A DNA stretch of 32,000 nt from Candidatus Iainarchaeum sp. GTDB taxonomy: Archaea > Iainarchaeota > Iainarchaeia > Iainarchaeales > CSSED10-239. The notes beneath the pieces are model-generated. The model had not been told where the DNA came from. It saw nothing but the letters and a program-made list of their open reading frames with translations, and did no database searches. A program made the translations under genes and the position numbers. The stretch lies in the NCBI GenBank assembly GCA_037441475.1, contig JBBISB010000001.1, positions 638,988-670,987 on the forward strand, given 5' to 3'. Of this stretch, positions 26,292 through 32,000 are shown piece after piece (position 1 is the first letter of the stretch; each line of letters opens with the position of its first letter).

Positions 26292-27314
26292 ATGAATATA
26301 GAAGAAAGATTTAACCTAATAAAAAGAAACACTCAAGAAATAATAAGTGAAGAAGAACTTTTAAAGCTTTTAAAAGAAAAAGAAAAACCTGTTGTTTACT
26401 TAGGAACCTCAGTTACTGGAAGACCACATATAGGGTACTTTACATGGGCTCAGAAGTTAAATGATTTTTTAAACGCAGGTTTTAAAGTAAAGGTTCTCTT
26501 AGCTGACCTGCATGGTGCTTTAGACAACACTCCTTGGGCTTTACTTGATAAAAGATATGAATACTACTCAATAGTTATTAAAGGAATGATTGAGTCCCTT
26601 GGTGGAGATTTAAATAACATTGAAATTGTAAAAGGTTCTGATTTTCAATTATCTAAAGAATATGTTTTAGACCTATACAAAATGTCTTCAGAAGTAACTG
26701 TTAGAAATGCAGAAAAGGCATCCAGTGATGTTGTAAAGCAAGGAGAAAACCCTAAGATATCTGGTCTTTTATATCCATTAATGCAGGCACTTGATGAAGT
26801 TCATTTAGAGGTTGATGTTCAATTAGGGGGAGTTGATCAAAGAAAAATATTTGTTCTTGCAAGAGAGTTTTTGCCAAAGCTTGGAGAGAAACCTAGAGTT
26901 GAAGTTATGATTCCTTTTATAAGAGGCTTAACCCCTGATGGGAAAATGTCTTCTTCAAACCAAGCTTCTAAAATAGATTTAATAGATGATTATGAAACTA
27001 TTAAAAACAAGCTTAAGAAAGCATACTGTGAAGAAGGAAATATTGAAAATGGTGTTTTAGACTTTGCAAAGTTATTAATAATGACACAAAAGCAAGATAA
27101 AAATCAAGAGTTTGTAATTGATAGGCCAGAAAAGTTTGGTGGACCTTTAAGGTTTAAGACACAAGAGGATTTACAAGAGGCCTTTGCATCAAAAGCCTTA
27201 CATCCAATGGACCTTAAGTCAGGAGTTGCTGAAGAAGTTAATAAACTTTTAGAGCCTATTAGAAGAAAGTTTGAAGGAAAAGAACAATTAATAAAAGAGG
27301 CGTACCCTGAATAA
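26292..27314 (+). CDS. tyrS: tyrosine--tRNA ligase, archaeal type
   Basis: Close resemblance throughout to archaeal TyrRS: IKRNTQEIISEEEL, LLADLHGALDN, KMSSS, RPEKFGG, LHPMDLK. The track TTG start at 26247 is probably spurious; ATG 26292 gives the expected N-terminus. Confidence 0.95.
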   Translation: MNIEERFNLIKRNTQEIISEEELLKLLKEKEKPVVYLGTSVTGRPHIGYFTWAQKLNDFLNAGFKVKVLLADLHGALDNTPWALLDKRYEYYSIVIKGMIESLGGDLNNIEIVKGSDFQLSKEYVLDLYKMSSEVTVRNAEKASSDVVKQGENPKISGLLYPLMQALDEVHLEVDVQLGGVDQRKIFVLAREFLPKLGEKPRVEVMIPFIRGLTPDGKMSSSNQASKIDLIDDYETIKNKLKKAYCEEGNIENGVLDFAKLLIMTQKQDKNQEFVIDRPEKFGGPLRFKTQEDLQEAFASKALHPMDLKSGVAEEVNKLLEPIRRKFEGKEQLIKEAYPE

Positions 27315-27347
27315 AGATTATGTTTAAAAACTTAACTGTACTTAATA

Positions 27348-27365
27348 TGTGTACAAGTGTACACA
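27348..27365. promoter_or_regulatory. perfect inverted repeat TGTGTACA-AG-TGTACACA, candidate operator of the MNT-HEPN pair
   Basis: 8-bp arms with a 2-bp spacer, 13 nt upstream of ATG 27378. The downstream gene begins with a winged-helix domain. Confidence 0.45.
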
Positions 27366-27377
27366 AATAGTGGTCGT

Positions 27378-27956
27378 ATGTTAGACAGATTATTTTCATC
27401 AAAAACAAGAATAAACATTTTATCTTTATTAATGTTTAATCAAGATTCTTCCTTTCATCTTAGAGAGATTGCAAAATTAACTAAAAGCTTTCCTTCTCAA
27501 ACTTCTAAGGAATTATCTAATCTTGAATTATTAAATTTAATTATTAAAACAAAAAAAAGTAATCTTTCTATATATAAAATAAATAAAGATAATCTATTTT
27601 TAGCAGACTTAAAAAATATTTTTCTAAAAACTGAGTTTATAGGTTCAAAAATTAAAGAAAAATTAATTAATCAAGTAGACTTTTGTCTAATTTTTGGATC
27701 TTTTGCAAAAGGTATAGAAAATTCAAAAAGTGATCTTGATATATTAATAATATCTGATGTTTTAAAAGAAAATAATTTATTAAAGATTATTCAAGAGTTA
27801 GAAAATGATTTAAAAAGAGATATAAATTATATTTTATGGAGTAATAAAGACTTTATAAAAAAATCAAAAGATAACCATTTATTAAAAACAATTAATAAGG
27901 ATAAGATTATAATGTTAATTGGAGATGAGAATAATTTCAGAAGAAAAATCAATTGA
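27378..27956 (+). CDS. wHTH-fused minimal nucleotidyltransferase (MNT), antitoxin-type partner of HEPN
   Basis: N-terminal ArsR-like wHTH (TRINILSLLMFNQDSSFHLREIAKLT). NTase motif FGSFAKGIENSKSDLDILIISD. The track GTG start at 27357 lies inside the palindrome, so ATG 27378 is preferred. Confidence 0.7.
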   Translation: MLDRLFSSKTRINILSLLMFNQDSSFHLREIAKLTKSFPSQTSKELSNLELLNLIIKTKKSNLSIYKINKDNLFLADLKNIFLKTEFIGSKIKEKLINQVDFCLIFGSFAKGIENSKSDLDILIISDVLKENNLLKIIQELENDLKRDINYILWSNKDFIKKSKDNHLLKTINKDKIIMLIGDENNFRRKIN

Positions 27957-28254
27957 TTGGGAAAGAATAGAAACAACTCAAGAGTTTGTTGAAAATTCAT
28001 TAAAGCATGCTTTTAGGGATTTAGAAACTGCAAGAAAAATGTATACTACTCAAGATTATGATTGGGCGTTGTCTATATCTTATAATGCAATGCTTCAGGC
28101 TGCAAAATCTTTAATGTTTTTTAAAGGATATCGCCCAACAGGTTATTCTAAACATTTATCAATAATTAATTTTGTTAAAGAAAATTTTAATTCAAATATT
28201 CCTGAAGAAATATTTTTTTTAATTAATAAAACTAGAAAAAAAGACATCAGGTAG
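27919..28254 (+). CDS. HEPN domain protein (apparently truncated by a -1 frameshift; composite would end at 28358)
   Basis: ALSISYNAMLQAAKSLMFFKGYRPTGYSKH is typical of the HEPN helical core. It overlaps the MNT 3' end. After the A7 run (28236-28242) the -1 frame continues RHQVVYEEINLVSREEAAFIIEKAEYFLNIVDEIIYKK*. Confidence 0.65.
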   Translation: MEMRIISEEKSIDWERIETTQEFVENSLKHAFRDLETARKMYTTQDYDWALSISYNAMLQAAKSLMFFKGYRPTGYSKHLSIINFVKENFNSNIPEEIFFLINKTRKKDIR

Positions 28255-28398
28255 TTTATGAAGAAATAAACTTAGTAAGTAGAGAGGAAGCTGCTTTTAT
28301 TATAGAAAAAGCAGAATACTTTTTAAATATTGTAGATGAGATAATATATAAGAAATAACTTACTTTTAAAAATATAATTTAAAAAAGTACGATTTAAT

Positions 28399-30093
28399 AT
28401 GCAAGAAACTTTTAAAAATATAATTTTAGAAAATGCTGTAAAGTATAAGGGAAAAGCAGAAATTAAGTTTATTTTAGGAACATTTTTAAAAGACTTTCCT
28501 GAATATAGACAAAAAACAAAAGAATTAACAGAAGAGCTTTTACCATTAATAGAAGAGATTAATAACTTGTCTTTAGAAAAACAACAAGATCTTTTAAAAG
28601 AAATTAATCCTTCTTTCTTTGAAAAAAAAGAAAAAGAAGAGAGAAACATCTTTGCCTTCCTTAATATCAAAGAAGGAGAAAAAGTAATTTCTTGTTTTCC
28701 TCCTGGTCCTGAAAAATATCCACATATAGGTCACTCTAAAGCAGTTTTACTTAATTATCTTTTAACAAAACAATATAATGGAGAATTTTATTTAAGGTTT
28801 GAAGATACAAACCCTAAGCTTGTTAAGCCTGAGTTTTATACAATTATGCAAGAGGATTTTAAATGGCTTGGTGTTGAATGGTCAAGAGTTGAGTATGCTT
28901 CTGATTATATAGATCTGATGAAGGAGATGGCAGAAAAGTTAATTTTAAAATCACAAGCATATGTTTGTTTCTGTTCTCCTGAAGATATGAGTAAGAATAG
29001 AGAAACATCAACTGCATGTGAGTGTAGGAAAGTATCTCCTCAAGAAAACTTAATCAAATGGAAGGAAATGGAAGGTTATCCTGAAGGAAAAGCTTCTTTA
29101 CGTTTAAAAATAGATTTAAAACATAAAAATTCAAGAATGAGAGATCCTTCAATCTTTAGAGTAATAGATTGTGAGCATCCAAGAATAGGTTACAAGCATA
29201 GAAATTATCCTACTTATGATTTTCAAAATGCTGTTTTAGATGGTTATTTTAAAACAACTCATAGACTAAGAACTGTTGAGTTTGAGATGGCTTCAGAGCT
29301 TCATCATTATATTAGAAAAATTTTAGGTCTTTATGATACATATACTTATGAGTTTGCAAGAATGAATCTTGAGGGAATGTTATCTTCTGGAAGAGCTATT
29401 AGAGAAAAGATTGAATTCGGAGAGCTTATAGGTTGGGATGATCCTTCTCTTCCTACTCTGCGTGCACTTAAAAGAAGAGGTTTTACAGCAGAGGCTATCA
29501 AGCAAATGGTTATTGAGTCTGGAATTACAAAGTCTTCTGGTTCTCTGCTTACATGGGATACAATTATTAAGTATAATAAAAGAGTTTTAAATGATTCTTC
29601 AAAAAGATTTTTCTGTATAAAGGAACCTATTGAAATAACAATTGAAAATGATCCTTGTAAGAAATATTATCTTCCTCTTCATCCTGCTCTAAATCTTGGA
29701 CAAAGAAACTTTTCTTCAAATGGTGTTTATTTAATAGAGAAAGAAGATTTTGATTATTTTAAGGAAGGAAATCTTGTAAGGCTTATGGATAATGTTAATT
29801 TTAGGGTAAATGATGGAAAGTTTGTTTTTGATTCTGAGGATTATTTATATTTTAAAAATGAACTTGCAGAAAATAAAAAAATAATACATTTCCTTCCAAA
29901 AGACCCTTCTCAATTAATAGATATTACAATCTTTACTCCTGAACATCAAACAATACAAGCAAAGGCTGAAAAAACTATTGAACAGTTGTCTGTTGGAGAT
30001 ATTGTTCAGTTTGAGAGATTTTGTTTTGCAAGACTTGATTCTTTAGAGGAAAAGGAAGGAAAGAAGGTTTATAACTTTTGGTTTACACACTAG
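28399..30093 (+). CDS. gltX: glutamate--tRNA ligase, archaeal/eukaryotic type
   Basis: 564 aa. Archaeal GluRS N-terminal helical domain (ILENAVKYKGKAE...), HIGH motif PHIGHSKA, the FEDTNP class I GlxRS signature, and a C-terminal anticodon-binding beta-barrel region. Confidence 0.9.
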   Translation: MQETFKNIILENAVKYKGKAEIKFILGTFLKDFPEYRQKTKELTEELLPLIEEINNLSLEKQQDLLKEINPSFFEKKEKEERNIFAFLNIKEGEKVISCFPPGPEKYPHIGHSKAVLLNYLLTKQYNGEFYLRFEDTNPKLVKPEFYTIMQEDFKWLGVEWSRVEYASDYIDLMKEMAEKLILKSQAYVCFCSPEDMSKNRETSTACECRKVSPQENLIKWKEMEGYPEGKASLRLKIDLKHKNSRMRDPSIFRVIDCEHPRIGYKHRNYPTYDFQNAVLDGYFKTTHRLRTVEFEMASELHHYIRKILGLYDTYTYEFARMNLEGMLSSGRAIREKIEFGELIGWDDPSLPTLRALKRRGFTAEAIKQMVIESGITKSSGSLLTWDTIIKYNKRVLNDSSKRFFCIKEPIEITIENDPCKKYYLPLHPALNLGQRNFSSNGVYLIEKEDFDYFKEGNLVRLMDNVNFRVNDGKFVFDSEDYLYFKNELAENKKIIHFLPKDPSQLIDITIFTPEHQTIQAKAEKTIEQLSVGDIVQFERFCFARLDSLEEKEGKKVYNFWFTH

Positions 30094-30296
30094 AGTCCCT
30101 TTAGAAAAGCGGCTTCACCCGGAAAGGAGTCACTTTAGAAAAGCGGCTTCACCCGGAAAGGAGTCTCTTTAGAAAAGCGGCTTCACCCGGAAAGGAGTCA
30201 CTTTAGAAAAGTGGCTTCACCCGGAAAAGAGCCCCTTTGGAAAAGTGGCTTCACCCGTAAAGGAGTTCCTTTAGAAGAACTGTTTTCGGTCAGTTC
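30093..30296. repeat. 34-bp direct tandem array (5 good copies plus 1 degenerate), about 50% GC
   Basis: Units gagtcNctttagaaaagcggcttcacccggaaag at 30093, 30127, 30161, 30195 and 30229, with a degenerate sixth at 30263. Units 1-3 differ only at position 6. Divergence increases toward the 3' end. The first base is the G of the gltX TAG stop. Confidence 0.9.
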
Positions 30297-30391
30297 ACAC
30301 CCAATGGTTTTTCATTTCCTCTGGAAAGAAAAACTAATGTTAATTTGTTTAAGAAAAAACTATATTTGTTGGACATTAAAATGGTAAGTGC

Positions 30392-30958
30392 ATGATTTCA
30401 GAAATTTATAAAGATATTTTTAAAATTACTGGAGAATCAAATCTTTATTTTCTAAAAAAAGAAAATATTGTTATTGATACAGGTTACCCTACAGACGAGC
30501 TTATGATAAAACAAGACTTATCAAAAGTTATTCCTTTAGAAGAAGTTAAAATAGTTATTTTTACACACATGCATTATGATCATGTAGGAAACTTTCATCT
30601 TTTTAAAAATGCTTCTTTCTATGCTTCCAAAGCTTCTGTTGCTTCTTTAAAGGAAGATAAATATAAGGCAATCTTACTTAAACCCTTAGCTGATAACTTT
30701 AATATAGAGGTTAAAGAAATTTCTTCTCTTCCTCTCCCAGATTATCTAGAGGTAATAGATACTCCTGGCCACTCTAAAGGCTCAATCTGTATATTTGATA
30801 AAAAAAGAAAAATTCTTTTTTCAGGAGATACTCTTTTCTTTAGAGATAACATAGGGAGAATGGATCTTCCTTTTTCTTCTCCAAAGGAGATGTCTTCTTC
30901 CTTAAAGAAGCTTTCTTCTTTAAAGTATGATATTCTTTGTCCAGGGCATGATTATTAG
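30392..30958 (+). CDS. MBL-fold metallo-hydrolase
   Basis: THMHYDHVGN (HxHxDH motif), TPGHSKGS, and DTLF...GR...PGHD. Confidence 0.8.
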   Translation: MISEIYKDIFKITGESNLYFLKKENIVIDTGYPTDELMIKQDLSKVIPLEEVKIVIFTHMHYDHVGNFHLFKNASFYASKASVASLKEDKYKAILLKPLADNFNIEVKEISSLPLPDYLEVIDTPGHSKGSICIFDKKRKILFSGDTLFFRDNIGRMDLPFSSPKEMSSSLKKLSSLKYDILCPGHDY

Positions 30959-31037
30959 TTTTTTCTTTCTCGGCCAATAACCCTCTCTCTCTTTGAAAAG
31001 AGTTATAAACCTTATTTAACTAAATATTATATTATTT

Positions 31038-31856
31038 ATGATAAACCTTATATCTGATAGAAATCTTTTAGATAAATTTGTAATAGAGTTTACTTACATT
31101 TTAGAAAAATATACAAAATATGTAATCGTCTCTGGTTTTATTGCAATATCAAACGGAAGGGTAAGAGGTACTGAAGATATAGATATTATAATTGATCAAA
31201 TACCTTTCTCTTTATTTTCTAAGCTTTTAAAAGAAATATATGCTTTTAATTTTGACTGTATACACTCTGATGAAGCTATAGAGATATATAATCAATATTT
31301 AATAAAAAAAGATTCTATAAGGTTTGTTTACAAGGGAACAATAGTTCCTAATATCGAACTTAAGTTTGTAAAAACAGAAGTTGATAAATACACTTTATTA
31401 AAAAGAACTAAACTTCCTTTAACTGGCTTAGAGGTTTATTTTGCAAGTATAGAATCAACCATTGCTTACAAAGAACATTTTCTTTCAAGTGATAAGGATT
31501 ATGAAGACTCTTATCATTTAAGAAGATTATATAAAGACTCTTTAAATTTAAATAAAATTGAAAAAATTAAACTTATGATAGATAAACATCTTTACAATAA
31601 ACTTAAAGATATTTCTTCTATTGTTTATTCAACAAAGAGAGATAAGACACATTTAGAGTTTATTGAAAAATGGGTTTTGTTTATGCAAGAAAATTCTTTT
31701 AAGGTTTGGAAAGAAGAACATTCTAATTTTTTAGATTCTCAAATAATTAATTCTATTAATTTCTATCAAAGGCTTTTAAAAGAAAAGGATGGTGCAAGAA
31801 AAGTAAGAGAGGTTACTGGTTGGAATAAGAAAGGTTTTTACTGGTTTGAAAAATAG
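31038..31856 (+). CDS. hypothetical protein with a probable Pol-beta-superfamily nucleotidyltransferase-fold N-terminal domain
   Basis: VIVSGFIAISNGRVRGTEDIDIIID resembles the G..A...G..R.T.D.D NTase motif. IESTIAYKEHFLSSDKDYEDSYHL resembles the following helical segment. Confidence 0.35.
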   Translation: MINLISDRNLLDKFVIEFTYILEKYTKYVIVSGFIAISNGRVRGTEDIDIIIDQIPFSLFSKLLKEIYAFNFDCIHSDEAIEIYNQYLIKKDSIRFVYKGTIVPNIELKFVKTEVDKYTLLKRTKLPLTGLEVYFASIESTIAYKEHFLSSDKDYEDSYHLRRLYKDSLNLNKIEKIKLMIDKHLYNKLKDISSIVYSTKRDKTHLEFIEKWVLFMQENSFKVWKEEHSNFLDSQIINSINFYQRLLKEKDGARKVREVTGWNKKGFYWFEK

Positions 31857-31930
31857 TTTTTTTAAAAGAGTAATTTTTTCAAAATTTTATAAAAAATCAT
31901 TATATTTATATATCTTTTGTGCTTCTTTTT

Positions 31931-32000
31931 TATTTCCTTTATAGCTATTTCCTTTATAGCTATTTCCTTTATAGCTATTTCCTTTATAGCTATTTCCTTT
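31931..32000. repeat. 15-bp direct tandem array (tatttcctttatagc), at least 4.7 copies, truncated by the window edge
   Basis: Perfect copies start at 31931, 31946, 31961 and 31976, with a partial copy at 31991-32000. Confidence 0.9.

Noticed and set aside
28323-28670. Track ORF 28323..28670 on the minus strand
   Set aside because: It is antisense to the conserved N-terminal domain of GluRS and to the extended HEPN frame, and has no motif support.
30093-30296. The 34-bp repeat array as a CRISPR array or as a coding repeat
   Set aside because: The units are directly abutting with no spacers, so it is not CRISPR. The period is not divisible by 3, and TAG/TAA/TGA occur in all frames on both strands, so it is not coding.

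Overview
Strongly AT-rich archaeal chromosomal window; GC content was judged by eye, not computed. The archaeal assignment rests on TFB, ribosomal protein eL15, archaeal-type TyrRS and GluRS, Trm5, class III (type IV pilin-like) signal peptides and TTTATAAATA-type TATA boxes. The compact gene set with many small unknown ORFs suggests a small-genome archaeon, possibly DPANN-like (inference only). Housekeeping genes: tRNA-Val(GAC), tRNA-Asn(GTT), a PP-loop/Fe-S tRNA thiolase, eL15, TFB, thioredoxin reductase, ScpA, ScpB, Trm5, TyrRS and GluRS. The most unusual content is a three-gene cassette (about 11.36-16.67 kb) lying between scpA and scpB. All three genes start with QxSxE class III signal peptides. 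Two encode very large adhesin-type ectodomains (InlB-B-type repeats plus DUF285/BspA-like repeats, dense in N-x-S/T sequons). These two paralogs share mosaic near-identical DNA blocks and a duplicated promoter. An ATPase-less, apparently extracytoplasmic Lon/S16 protease lies just downstream, and a GtrA / GT2 / GT-C three-component glycosylation module lies about 6 kb further on. Other points of interest:
- an untracked 59-aa ThiS/TtuB-like ORF without the C-terminal Gly-Gly, next to the tRNA thiolase;
- a phosphoribosyltransferase gene with an in-frame TAA;
- three -1 frameshifts in two accessory genes, each at an A7 run, one of them a HEPN partner of a wHTH-MNT pair with a perfect palindromic operator;
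- a GC-rich 34-bp tandem array starting at the gltX stop codon;
- a 15-bp tandem array running off the right edge.
All family calls come from motif recognition by eye; no database search was possible.
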